Shown here: positions 38,830-51,863 of the stretch, piece after piece
Layout: the number at the start of each line of letters is the position of its first letter
Position numbering within the stretch: position 1 is the first letter of the stretch
Source of the DNA: Syntrophales bacterium
GTDB taxonomy: Bacteria > Desulfobacterota > Syntrophia > Syntrophales > PHBD01
Direction of reading: 5' to 3'
DNA length: 64,000 nt
NCBI GenBank assembly: GCA_963668175.1
Contig: OY764159.1
Span: 1,536,001 to 1,600,000 of the forward strand
Program-made: the position numbers and the translations under genes
The notes under the pieces: generated by a model
Seen by the model: the letters and a program-made list of their open reading frames with translations, nothing else
What the model was told of the DNA's origin: nothing
The model's database searches: none

Positions 38830-39771
38830 CTACATCGCGGCTGTCTCTTCCCTGACCTGTGCTACGCACGCCGTCAGAGCCCGGGCGAATTGGTCCTTCA
38901 TGGCCTCTCGCGTCGATTCCGGTTTGAATGCGAGCTGTGCTTCGGCCTTGGTTACATCGAGGTCCCATATCTCGTTCAGAAAGGCGGGACCTTTCCATTC
39001 GCCGGACGGCACGAATTTGACAACAGAGCGGGATTGGGTGAGGCGGATGATGATCTCGCCGATCTCCTGCCACGAGAGGAACAGGCTGCCGATGTTGTAC
39101 GTCTCTCCCGCCGCCGCGGGTGTTGTCGCTGCCGACAGTGCCGCGCGGCCCAGGTCGGCCATGGTCGCAAAGAGACCACCCGCGCCTTGGACCATTTCCA
39201 GGGGTTCGTTCTTGAGGGCCGCCCGGACGAGATTGCGGAGGTTGCTGCCGCCGATCGTGTCGCCGAAGGCCCACCAGAAACGGAAGATCGTGGCGGCCAG
39301 GCCCTTCTGCCGTTGGTAATGGCGGCAAAGCTCCTCTGCCGTCTGCTTGCCCAGGGCGTAGAGGGGTTTGCGGGCCTCCCCTGTCAGGCAGGGGTGGCTT
39401 TCGGTCACGGGATGCGTCACAGCGCGGCCGTAGGCGACGGCCGTGCTCGTGTAGATGAAGGATTTCACCCTGGCGTCTGCCGCCTCTTCCAGCAGGTTGA
39501 TATGGCCGGCGATATCGCCGCCGAAAATCGTCCGGGGATCGTCGGCGAAGCTCCATGCCAGGTTGATGACCGTATCCGCTCCCTTTACGGCCTCCCTGAC
39601 GAGGCCGCGTTCCGCGAGGTCTCCGCCAAAGTACGTCATCCCGGCGATTTGCATGCCGTCTTTCTCTTTCTCCGGCCGGTCGAGAACGGCGACCTCATGG
39701 CCCCGTCCGAGCAAATCCCCCGCCATGTATCTCCCGACCTCGCCTCCTCCTCCCGCCAGCAGGATCTTCAT
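38830..39771 (-). CDS. NAD-dependent epimerase/dehydratase (extended SDR)
   Basis: GGGGEVG, TST, YALGK (YxxxK); start ATG 39771 after GGAGG. Confidence 0.85.
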   Translation of the reverse strand: MKILLAGGGGEVGRYMAGDLLGRGHEVAVLDRPEKEKDGMQIAGMTYFGGDLAERGLVREAVKGADTVINLAWSFADDPRTIFGGDIAGHINLLEEAADARVKSFIYTSTAVAYGRAVTHPVTESHPCLTGEARKPLYALGKQTAEELCRHYQRQKGLAATIFRFWWAFGDTIGGSNLRNLVRAALKNEPLEMVQGAGGLFATMADLGRAALSAATTPAAAGETYNIGSLFLSWQEIGEIIIRLTQSRSVVKFVPSGEWKGPAFLNEIWDLDVTKAEAQLAFKPESTREAMKDQFARALTACVAQVREETAAM

Positions 39772-39886
39772 ATGATCCCTCCCATCGAAAAATAAACGGG
39801 GAACAGAAGGAAAACCCGCTTCCCTCCGTTCCCCGCGTGTTTTCTGTTGTAGTATCCCGCCGTCGCATACGGGATGCATGGTTGTT

Positions 39887-41191
39887 TTATGCCGTTTTTT
39901 CCTCGGCGATTCTCTTTCTGACGATCGGCCGCAAGACAAAAAGGGCCAGGATGCACGCCGTGATGTCGAAAATAGCGGAGATATAATAGGGAACCTCAAA
40001 CGAACCGGCGTAATAAGCTGCAACCAGGGCCGCGCCATAACCGGCCAGGATGGACGCCATGCCTTTGGCCGTGTAGAGAATGCCGTAGTTGCCGGAGGCA
40101 TTCTTGGCTCCGAAAACGTCGCCCGTGAGGGCCGAGAAGAGCGCGTAAATCTCGCCCCAGGCCAGGAAGACAAAGGGCAGCAGGATGACGAAGGCGACCG
40201 GGCTTCCCATGATCTGCGTCATGAGGAAGATGAGGACGCCCTCCAGGCCGAAGGCGAAGGCCATGGTGTATTCCCTCCCGAATCTGTCGGATACCGCCCC
40301 CCACATGATCCTCGCGAATGCGTTGGTGACGCCGGCGATGGTCGCCGTGAACGGAACGATCGCGATGCCGAGGATCTTGGCGTCGAAGACGTTCAGGGAT
40401 TTGGCGATCTGGGAAAGGTTGCCGGTGGTCATCAGGCCGCCGGTGCAGACCATGAGGAACATGAAGTACATGATGTAGAATTCTTTTTTCGTGAGCATCT
40501 GCGTCCAGGTGTAGTTGACCTTGGTCTGGATAACGGCCTTGGGCGCCACCCATCCTGCCGGTTGCCAGCCGCCGGGGGGATGGCGCAGGATCAGGGCCAT
40601 GGCGATGGCCACGACGCCCTGGCCGAGGCCCCAGGCGGTCATGGCGCCCGCCCAGCCCAGGGCTTTAATCGTGGCGGCGACGGGGATGAGCGTCAGGGCC
40701 GAGCCGCCCCCGAAGCCGGCAGCCGTGAGCCCTGCCGCCAGGCCCCGCTTGTCCGGGAACCATTTGACGGCGTTGGCCACCGTGGCGATATAAATGATGC
40801 CTGCACCGGTACCGGCGATGAGACCGTAGTAGATATAGAGTTCATTGACTGTCGTGGCGACAGTGCCTCCCAGGACCCATCCCAGGAGGATGCCCGTGGC
40901 GCCTACCAGCATGAGGTTACGGATGCCGAACTTATCGATAAAGTATCCGGCGACGGGGACGGGCCACGTTTCGAAGAGAATAAACAGGGTGTAAATCAGG
41001 GCGATTTTTGCATAGGGAACATCGGCAAATTGCTGCTTCAATCCAGGGGTGAAAAGAGTGAAGGCGTATTGAAAGTTCGAAATAACGATCATCGCCATAA
41101 CGCCGGCTGCGAGCTGAATCCATCGATTGCCGACGAATGATCCGTAGGTTTGCTTAGCGAGGTCTACTTGAGCAATGCTCTCGTTTGACAT
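39887..41191 (-). CDS. oxlT: oxalate:formate antiporter-family MFS transporter
   Basis: 12-TM MFS; KWFPDKRGLA, NAFARIMWGAVSDRFGR and NYGILYTAK carry the Arg and Lys equivalent to the OxlT substrate-binding residues. Confidence 0.85.
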   Translation of the reverse strand: MSNESIAQVDLAKQTYGSFVGNRWIQLAAGVMAMIVISNFQYAFTLFTPGLKQQFADVPYAKIALIYTLFILFETWPVPVAGYFIDKFGIRNLMLVGATGILLGWVLGGTVATTVNELYIYYGLIAGTGAGIIYIATVANAVKWFPDKRGLAAGLTAAGFGGGSALTLIPVAATIKALGWAGAMTAWGLGQGVVAIAMALILRHPPGGWQPAGWVAPKAVIQTKVNYTWTQMLTKKEFYIMYFMFLMVCTGGLMTTGNLSQIAKSLNVFDAKILGIAIVPFTATIAGVTNAFARIMWGAVSDRFGREYTMAFAFGLEGVLIFLMTQIMGSPVAFVILLPFVFLAWGEIYALFSALTGDVFGAKNASGNYGILYTAKGMASILAGYGAALVAAYYAGSFEVPYYISAIFDITACILALFVLRPIVRKRIAEEKTA

Positions 41192-41301
41192 TTCTCCTCC
41201 TCCTTTCAACAACTTTAAAAGAACTCTGCCTCACCCGGGGAAACGCCCGCTGCGCGAGCGGGGCGTTCCCTCCGGCTGCGGCAGCTTACCGCCTGGTTGC
41301 G

Positions 41302-42303
<1,002 letters not shown>

Positions 42304-42326
42304 TTATCACCTCCTTATAGGTCCTG

Positions 42327-43520
42327 TTATGCTTCATCCTCAAACCCAACCCAGTAGACCTTCTGACGCACCTTCTTCTCCTTGATCATCTGCTGGAGGA
42401 TTTTCGCCATGTAGTAGAAGTCGTCGAGAAGGATCACGTCGCCGCCGAGGCCCGCCATGAACGACGTCAGAAGCGGTCTCTTTTCGAGATCGTACAGGGA
42501 GGCGCTCACCTCGTGGATCAGGTTGCCGCCCCGGGTGGCACCGCCGTAGGACGTGCTGGTCTCGACGGTGGCGATCGCCTTGACATGGGCGAGGGCTTCC
42601 ATGATCTGCTGGGTCGGCCAGGGCCTGATCCAGCGCGGCCGCACCATGCCGGCCTTAAGACCCTGCTTCCGCAACTGGCGGATGGCCGCTTTACACGTAT
42701 TGGCATGGGCTCCCTGGATGAAAAAGGCCACTTCGGCATCCTTCATTTCGTACTGTTCCAGGTACGGATCGATCTTCCGGCCGAAGATCTTGTTGTAATC
42801 GGCGACGGCCTGTTCGATGACCTTGGGCACTTCGAGGAAGGTCATGGCCCGCTGGGCGTCCATGGGCGCGCCCTGGTCCGGCCTGATCTGCGGTCCGTGG
42901 GAAACTGGGCAAGTCGGGCTCAGGGGGTGAGGAGCGCTGTAAGGAGGCAGAAATTCCCGGACCTGCGACAGTTCGGGGAGGACAACCTTATCCGGGATGT
43001 GGGAAAGGAAATACCCGTCCTGGCAGACGAACTGGGGCAGCATGATACGGGGGTCCTCTCCGACGCGGAAATTGATGAGCGTGTTATCGAAGACTTCCTG
43101 GGGGGTCGAGGCCCATCCCATCAGCCAGCCCTGGTCCCGGGCCGACATGCAGTCGGTGTGTTCCGATCCGAAGTCGCCGGGCGGGTCGAGGGTCCGGTCC
43201 GCAATGGCCATCTGCAGGGGATAACGGCCGCCGGCCGCCGGGCTGTAAACTTCAAAGGCATACGTGACGCCGACGCCGGAACTTCCCGTATAGGCACGGG
43301 CGCCGGCGGCGGATGCGCCCAGAACGACCGAAACCTGGGCGTGTTCACCTTCGCCGTGGATGAACTCGGCGTTGAGTTCTCCGTTGGCGACCATTTTAGA
43401 AAGCTCCATCATGATAGCCGTGTAGGGACGAATCGGGTAGGAGCAGATGACTTCCACTTCCGCGAATTTGGCCCCTTGCGCCGCCGCTGCACAGCCGCTG
43501 AGTAAATATTCTTTAGCCAT
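42327..43520 (-). CDS. oorA: oxalate oxidoreductase-type alpha subunit
   Basis: SYPIRPYT (Arg where PFOR has YPITP), GEGEH, DRTLDPPGDFG; RBS AGGAGG before ATG 43520. Confidence 0.88.
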   Translation of the reverse strand: MAKEYLLSGCAAAAQGAKFAEVEVICSYPIRPYTAIMMELSKMVANGELNAEFIHGEGEHAQVSVVLGASAAGARAYTGSSGVGVTYAFEVYSPAAGGRYPLQMAIADRTLDPPGDFGSEHTDCMSARDQGWLMGWASTPQEVFDNTLINFRVGEDPRIMLPQFVCQDGYFLSHIPDKVVLPELSQVREFLPPYSAPHPLSPTCPVSHGPQIRPDQGAPMDAQRAMTFLEVPKVIEQAVADYNKIFGRKIDPYLEQYEMKDAEVAFFIQGAHANTCKAAIRQLRKQGLKAGMVRPRWIRPWPTQQIMEALAHVKAIATVETSTSYGGATRGGNLIHEVSASLYDLEKRPLLTSFMAGLGGDVILLDDFYYMAKILQQMIKEKKVRQKVYWVGFEDEA

Positions 43521-43536
43521 AATATCATCCTCCTCC

Positions 43537-43866
43537 TTAGAAAGGTTTTTCCAGACGAACCACACCGTCGGGGAAATCGAGTTCCGGTTCGCCGGAGATG
43601 GCATCCACCGGGCATTCGTAGATGCAGATCTGGCATCCTTTGCAGAAGCGCCAGTTCCATTCCATCTGATCCTCTTTTTCGTTGTAGGACCAGCAGGAGT
43701 CCGGGCATGCGGCGTAGCAGGTGAAGCACCTGGTGCATTTTTCGTGGTCGATGACGGGACGGATGATCCTCCAGTTGGAGGTTTGAAAGAGGTCCTGCGT
43801 GTTAACCGGTGCAGGGGTTATCGCTCCGAACGGTACTTCCCTATCCTTAGGGATTTTGATAGCCAT
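43537..43866 (-). CDS. 2x[4Fe-4S] ferredoxin (delta) subunit of oxalate oxidoreductase
   Basis: NWRIIRP, CTRCFTCYAACP, CKGCQICIYECP, PELDF; own RBS AAAGGAGAG. Confidence 0.88.
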   Translation of the reverse strand: MAIKIPKDREVPFGAITPAPVNTQDLFQTSNWRIIRPVIDHEKCTRCFTCYAACPDSCWSYNEKEDQMEWNWRFCKGCQICIYECPVDAISGEPELDFPDGVVRLEKPF

Positions 43867-43915
43867 AACTATCTCTCCTTTCATGTTAATTGAAATCTGG
43901 TGGTCTGAAAAACCT

Positions 43916-44554
43916 TCATCCGCCCCACGAATATTCCGAACGGGTCTTGCGGAATTTTTCCATTTTGACTTCCTTGAAGCCGCGCTCCATAGCGGCCACG
44001 TCGCTGACGATCTTGGCGAGGTTTTCCTTCTTTGCCATGCCCGTCACCTTGGCCATGGCGCCCAGGATGGGCGCGGCGATACCGGCACCGACACCGGCGG
44101 CATCGACGCCGCCTTCCGATCCGGAGAAGTCGATCGTGCGGATTCCCGAGATCTTGTCCGCATCGACGGTCGCGACGGCGCCGAGAATGTCGGCATTGGG
44201 GATGAACTTGAGCATATAGTCGATGGATCTGTTCGTGTTGATAATCAGCAATCCCCCTTCGGGCATGCCCTTGAGGATATTGATTCCTTTGACAATGGTC
44301 GGCTCGACGATGACGACGATATCGGGATGGTTGTTGGTATAGAGGTACTTCATCTCGATTTCCTCGTCGCTGATGCGGACGTACTTCCTCGTAGTGACGA
44401 GGACGCGGTCCGGCAGGTCTTCGTAGTTGTCGAAGGCCTGCACAAATTTCCCGCCCATCTGGGCGGCCTGGGCGAAGGCATTGGCAACGTCGCGGGCCTC
44501 CTTGTCCATCGTGACCCCCCTCGTCCAAACGGTTACTTCAGTCATTTTTGCCAT
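43916..44554 (-). CDS. gamma subunit of oxalate oxidoreductase
   Basis: VTVWTRGV, QAFDNYEDLPDR, SGSEGGVDAAGVGAGIAAP; resembles the N-terminal part of Moorella OorD as I recall it. Confidence 0.85.
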   Translation of the reverse strand: MAKMTEVTVWTRGVTMDKEARDVANAFAQAAQMGGKFVQAFDNYEDLPDRVLVTTRKYVRISDEEIEMKYLYTNNHPDIVVIVEPTIVKGINILKGMPEGGLLIINTNRSIDYMLKFIPNADILGAVATVDADKISGIRTIDFSGSEGGVDAAGVGAGIAAPILGAMAKVTGMAKKENLAKIVSDVAAMERGFKEVKMEKFRKTRSEYSWGG

Positions 44555-44629
44555 ATGATTGTTCCTCCTTCATGATAATGCTGAACCGTTAATTGAAACT
44601 CGAAATTACCAGTCGTCTCTCGTCGGCGG

Positions 44630-45343
44630 TTAAGCCTTGTTTCCACCTCCTTCTCGTTTTTTTATGAGTAGGGCCTTTTCTATGCCTTCCAGATGACGCT
44701 TCATCGCCTTCTTGGCCTCCTTTCCGTCCCGGCATTTCACCGCGGCCAGGATGGCGCGGTGACCGTCCAGGGACTTCCGTTTTCTTTCTTCCGTCTGGAG
44801 ATACTCGTCGCGCGTTTTCCGAAGCAGGCGGACGAGGGCCACGTTGAGCCTCTCCAGGACGGCATTCCTGGACATCCGGGAAAGGGCGATATGGAAATTG
44901 GAATCCGATAGAACGGAATGCCCGCCCTCCTTCAGGTCGTTTTCCTGCTTGCCGATGAGCCTTTCCAGTTCCTTGACGTCTCTTGCCGTTGCATTCTGGC
45001 TTGCAAGTTCGGCGATTTCCGACTCGATGATTTTGCGGACGGCGAACATGTCGATCATGTCGTCTTTTTCCGTGAAAATGGACGATGCCAGGGGCTGAAT
45101 GATGGCCTCTTCGCTGGACGCCATGACGTACGTGCCGTCCCCCTGCCGCCTCTCGACGAGGTTCAGGGTCTCGAGCGAAAGGATGGCCTCCCGCACTGTG
45201 GAGCGGGAGACTTTAAAGGTTTCCGAGAGTTCGTTTTCGTTGGGGAGTTGGTCGCCCTGCTTGAGCCTGCCGTTGGTGATGAGTTCCTTGATCTGCGTGA
45301 CGATGTCTTCGTATGCGCGTTTCTTTTTGACCTCTTTCAACAT
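44630..45343 (-). CDS. FadR/GntR-family transcriptional regulator (PdhR/LutR-like)
   Basis: GDQLPNENELSETFKVSRSTVREA wHTH; FCD domain DSNFH...H; ATG 45343 overlaps the ATPase stop. Confidence 0.9.
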   Translation of the reverse strand: MLKEVKKKRAYEDIVTQIKELITNGRLKQGDQLPNENELSETFKVSRSTVREAILSLETLNLVERRQGDGTYVMASSEEAIIQPLASSIFTEKDDMIDMFAVRKIIESEIAELASQNATARDVKELERLIGKQENDLKEGGHSVLSDSNFHIALSRMSRNAVLERLNVALVRLLRKTRDEYLQTEERKRKSLDGHRAILAAVKCRDGKEAKKAMKRHLEGIEKALLIKKREGGGNKA

Positions 45344-47475
45344 GACGATAGCCCATCCCTTTCTCGGATAAGATTTATGGCCTCCCGGAAATGGGAGGAG
45401 TTCACGGCAAATTGATCGGATCGCGATACCTGCGGGGTGGTGATGAACTCCGTAATAGCCGCCATGACGGCGTTCCGACAGATGAAGGCGATTTGGGAGC
45501 CTGCCATTCCTTCCGTCTGCCGGGCCAACGCCGCCATGTCGACATCGTGGGCGATGGGTTTGTCCTTCAGATTGACCTTGAAAATCTCGAGACGGTCCTT
45601 TTCGTCGGCCATGGGGAAAGGGATGATATAGTCGAGACGGCCCGCCCTCGTCAGGCCGGGGTCGAGCAAATCTTCGCGGTTGGTGGCGCCGAGGACGATG
45701 ATCTGGGAAAGGTCCGTCAGGTTGTCCAGTTCGTTGAAAAACTGGCTCGCCATTCTCTCGACGACGGCCCCGCCGTCGCTTGCGCCCTGGCGCGTCAAGC
45801 CCAGCGTATCGATTTCGTCGAAAAAGAGGATGCACGGCGCCGATTGCTTGGCCTTCTTGAATATCTGGTGGAGGGCCTTTTCCGATTCCCCGAGCCATTT
45901 TGAGAAGAGGATGGGGACGCTGATGGAGATGAAATTAAGTCCCGTTTCACCAGCGAGGGCCTTCGCCATGAGCGTCTTTCCCGTTCCGGACGGCCCGGAG
46001 AAGAGGATGCCCCGGGGCGGCATGACCTTGCCGGCGGCGAACAACTCCGGGTATTTCGTCGGCCATTCGACGATGGAGATCAGGGTTTCCTTGATCTTGT
46101 TGAGGCCGCCGACATGGTGCCACTTGACGTTGGAGCGCTCGGTGTAGAACTCGCGGGTCGCCGTCGGTTCGATCTCCCGGAGCGCCATGAGAAAATCGTC
46201 CATGGTGATCTGCAGGTGGCCGGAGTTGCCGAGAATATTCTCCAGCCTGTCTTCGCCCTCCAGGGACAGGTATCGCCTGAGGGCGACCATGCCCGCCTCC
46301 TTGCACAGGGCTTCCAGATCGGCGCCGACAAAGGCATGGGTGATCCGGGCGAGGCGGTCGAGGTCCACATCCGGCGCCAGCGGCATACGGTGGCTGTGGA
46401 TACCGAGAATGGCCCTCCGTCCTTCGACATTGGGGACAGGGATGACGATCTCGCGGTCGAAGCGACCCGGACGCCTCAGGGCCGGGTCGATGACCTCGGG
46501 AATGTTTGTTGCACCTATGACGACCACGTGCCCCCGCGATACCATGCCGTCCATGAGGGCGAGCAATTGGGCCACGACGCGCTTTTCCACGTCGCCCAGC
46601 ACCTCGGCCCGCTTGGGAGCGATGGCGTCGATTTCGTCGATGAAGATGACGCTGGGGGCCTTCAGGGTGGCTTCTTCGAATATCTCGCGGAGCCTGGCCT
46701 CGCTTTCGCCGTAGAACCGGTGGATGATTTCCGGACCGTTGACCCGTATGAAATGAAGCCTCGTCTCGCTGGCAATGGCGCGGGCGATCAGGGTCTTGCC
46801 CGTACCGGGCGGTCCGTAGAGGAGCACGCCCTTCGGGGCCTGGATGCCCAGCTTTTCGAAAGCCTCGGCGTAACGCAGAGGCAGCTCGACCATTTCCCGG
46901 ACGAGCCTGAGTTCCTTCTCCAGGCCGCCGATATGATCGTAGGAGACGATCTGCGAGGGCTCCAGGCTGAAGTCGGGTTTCTTCAGGACGAAGGACGTCT
47001 GCTGGTTGATAATGACGCCGCCCGAAGGCGACGTGGCCTCGACGAGAAAATAACGCTCTTTTCCCGCCAGGAAGGGCATATTGATCCGGTCGCCGACGAT
47101 AACGGCGATCCCCTGGAGGACTTTCGCAAATTGCTCCATCTCCCGTTCGTCGGGAAGGACGGTGGTGAAATCGACCGGTGTGATGACGACCGAGATCGCC
47201 GTCCTGCGGCTGATTTTTTTGATCTTGACCGTTCCGCCCGGAAGAGCCTGGGCGTTTTCACGGGTAAGACCGTCGATATAGACGGCTTTTTTGCCGCTGT
47301 ATTGCGGGAAGGCGGCCGTCAGGCGGGCCACAGTCGTCTTTCTCCCGGAGATCTCCACGACGTCGCCTAGCGTGCCCTTGAGGGAGGCAATGTCTTCGGG
47401 ATCGAGGCGGGCAAGACCTTTGCCCACATCGTCGGGAAGGGCTTCGTCGACTTTGAATTCCAGGACCGTATCCAT
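45337..47475 (-). CDS. Cdc48/p97/VAT-family double AAA+ ATPase
   Basis: N-domain DVGKGLARLD; D1 GPPGTGKT/FIDEID/RRPGRFDR; D2 GPSGTGKT/KWLGESE/FFDEID/RAGRLD. Confidence 0.92.
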   Translation of the reverse strand: MDTVLEFKVDEALPDDVGKGLARLDPEDIASLKGTLGDVVEISGRKTTVARLTAAFPQYSGKKAVYIDGLTRENAQALPGGTVKIKKISRRTAISVVITPVDFTTVLPDEREMEQFAKVLQGIAVIVGDRINMPFLAGKERYFLVEATSPSGGVIINQQTSFVLKKPDFSLEPSQIVSYDHIGGLEKELRLVREMVELPLRYAEAFEKLGIQAPKGVLLYGPPGTGKTLIARAIASETRLHFIRVNGPEIIHRFYGESEARLREIFEEATLKAPSVIFIDEIDAIAPKRAEVLGDVEKRVVAQLLALMDGMVSRGHVVVIGATNIPEVIDPALRRPGRFDREIVIPVPNVEGRRAILGIHSHRMPLAPDVDLDRLARITHAFVGADLEALCKEAGMVALRRYLSLEGEDRLENILGNSGHLQITMDDFLMALREIEPTATREFYTERSNVKWHHVGGLNKIKETLISIVEWPTKYPELFAAGKVMPPRGILFSGPSGTGKTLMAKALAGETGLNFISISVPILFSKWLGESEKALHQIFKKAKQSAPCILFFDEIDTLGLTRQGASDGGAVVERMASQFFNELDNLTDLSQIIVLGATNREDLLDPGLTRAGRLDYIIPFPMADEKDRLEIFKVNLKDKPIAHDVDMAALARQTEGMAGSQIAFICRNAVMAAITEFITTPQVSRSDQFAVNSSHFREAINLIRERDGLSSC

Positions 47476-47492
47476 GACGTTACCGGAAGGGG

Positions 47493-47523
47493 GATTGTAT
47501 AATCATCAGATGATTGTACGATC
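47493..47523. promoter_or_regulatory. 31-bp palindromic operator (FadR/LutR-type TCATC-N-GATGA core)
   Basis: GATTGTATAATCATC-A-GATGATTGTACGATC, arms match 13/15. Confidence 0.75.
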
Positions 47524-47525
47524 GA

Positions 47526-47553
47526 ACATTACCAGCATTGCCGGATTTGTCAA
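47526..47553 (-). promoter_or_regulatory. sigma-70 promoter of the AAA-GntR-oor locus
   Basis: Minus-strand TTGACA-16-TAATGT with TGn extended -10. Confidence 0.65.
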
Positions 47554-47730
47554 TACCTTTTCTTTAAAGAAAGACAAGAATCGGCCGCAAGATACCTGCT
47601 GAAAGTATTGTTATACAGGGAATCTGGAGGCAGCGAGAGAGGAAGTGCCCTGTAGTAGGGAATGACGTTTTACATAAGGACGGGGCCACGGCCGTTTGCG
47701 TATAACGGAACGGCGCTGCAAACGCGGTTC

Positions 47731-47769
47731 AAAAAAGAACCCACCTGTTATTCTAAAGCAGGTGGGTTC
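47731..47769 (-). terminator. intrinsic terminator of ppsA
   Basis: GAACCCACCTG...CAGGTGGGTTC stem followed by T6 on the minus strand. Confidence 0.85.
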
Positions 47770-47841
47770 CGTAAGCAAGTCTTTTTATCAGCAACCGGGT
47801 TTTGCCGGCGGGCTTAAGTCAAGCTCCGCCGTTCGCAGTTG

Positions 47842-50706
<2,865 letters not shown>

Positions 50707-50892
50707 TAGATTCCTCCTGATTTTAGGGTGTTGTCACATCCTTTTGCTAGACGCCTTAAGAGTTTGTGTCGTCTTTAGCAGTTTTACAAGATGAAGTCAA
50801 ATGTATTCCGCCGCTATGACAGCGGGCCTGTCCGGCCTGGCGGGGTTTTGCGTCCTTTATAAAAATATCCGAAGCTTAGGGAGAAGGCAATG

Positions 50893-50931
50893 AAAAAAGG
50901 GCGCCTCGCGCTCTGTCCGCGGGGCGCCCTT
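50893..50931 (-). terminator. intrinsic terminator
   Basis: GGGCGCCTCGCG...CGCGGGGCGCCC stem with A6 on the plus side, downstream of the lipoprotein gene. Confidence 0.75.
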
Positions 50932-51086
50932 CCGTTCCGGAGAGCGATATCAGTGTGCAGTGCGGCGTTCCGTTTTCCTGCCTTTGCTTATCTTGCGTTT
51001 GTGCCGCTGACAGGGCCCCGCGGCCGGGTTTGCCGGGCATTCAGCCGCATGAAACGGAGGAATTCCGTTTCAAAGGCACCGCTATC

Positions 51087-51680
51087 CTACTTCTTGCCCG
51101 TCTTTCCCTTCTTGGGCGGCGGAGCGGCGGCCAATTCCTTGAAGACGGCATCCCATTTGTCGATGATGGCCACCTTCATGTCCCCTGCCAGCTTTTTGGC
51201 GATGACGGGATCGCTGTTGAGGCTGTCCTTGGCGACCTTAAGTCCGTCGGCGTAAGCCTTGCCGTCGGCCTCCCAGGCCTCCTTCTGGTCCTTCATCCGC
51301 TTTTCAACGGCCTTGGCGGCGGTCTCCAGATTCTTCCATGCCTCTTCTACGCCGGCCAGGGCTGCCGTTGCCTCGCTCACCGCGGCTTTTTTGCCCTCAG
51401 CGGCGGCGGCAGCGGCCTTTGCAAACGCGGCCTTGGCATTGACGTAGCTTTGCTTGGCTTCTTCGTATTTCTGCTCGTTCATTTGTACTTCCGCACCGTT
51501 CCAAGCCATCATGGCGGCATTGAAGTCGGCGGCGGCATACTTGCCGGCGCTGGCGGCTATGGCTGCGTCCATGGCCGTCTTCGCTGCCGCCTTTTCCGCA
51601 TCCGGTGGACTGGCACAGCCGACGAATGCGAGGGCCAGCGCCAAAACCAGTGGCAATAACATGTTCCTGAATTGCTTCAT
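51087..51680 (-). CDS. alpha-helical lipoprotein (DUF4398-like)
   Basis: Lipobox FVGC, Ala/Lys-rich helices, AGKYA; RBS GGAGG before ATG 51680. Confidence 0.75.
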   Translation of the reverse strand: MKQFRNMLLPLVLALALAFVGCASPPDAEKAAAKTAMDAAIAASAGKYAAADFNAAMMAWNGAEVQMNEQKYEEAKQSYVNAKAAFAKAAAAAAEGKKAAVSEATAALAGVEEAWKNLETAAKAVEKRMKDQKEAWEADGKAYADGLKVAKDSLNSDPVIAKKLAGDMKVAIIDKWDAVFKELAAAPPPKKGKTGKK

Positions 51681-51863
51681 GATTTGAACCCTCCCTTTTT
51701 TAGTATGAATCATGGAAAAAAACGCTCCTACTCTTATACGCTCTGCGTGTGTTGTCAAGCCATTTTACAGCGAATTTGAAGAGAAAACGCGTAAAAAGAA
51801 GAGGTGAGCCGGGGGCGGATCATGCCGTTCGCGAGGCATCTTTCTCTTTCCGGAAGAGAGGAC

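Noticed and set aside
43866..43918. UGA readthrough joining the gamma and delta subunits
   Set aside because: The two ORFs are in different frames and delta has its own RBS
47515..47528. TGTACGATCGAACA resembles the operator upstream of dinB
   Set aside because: Largely explained as an arm of the longer GntR-type palindrome plus the -10 box; one partial match is not enough for a shared regulon
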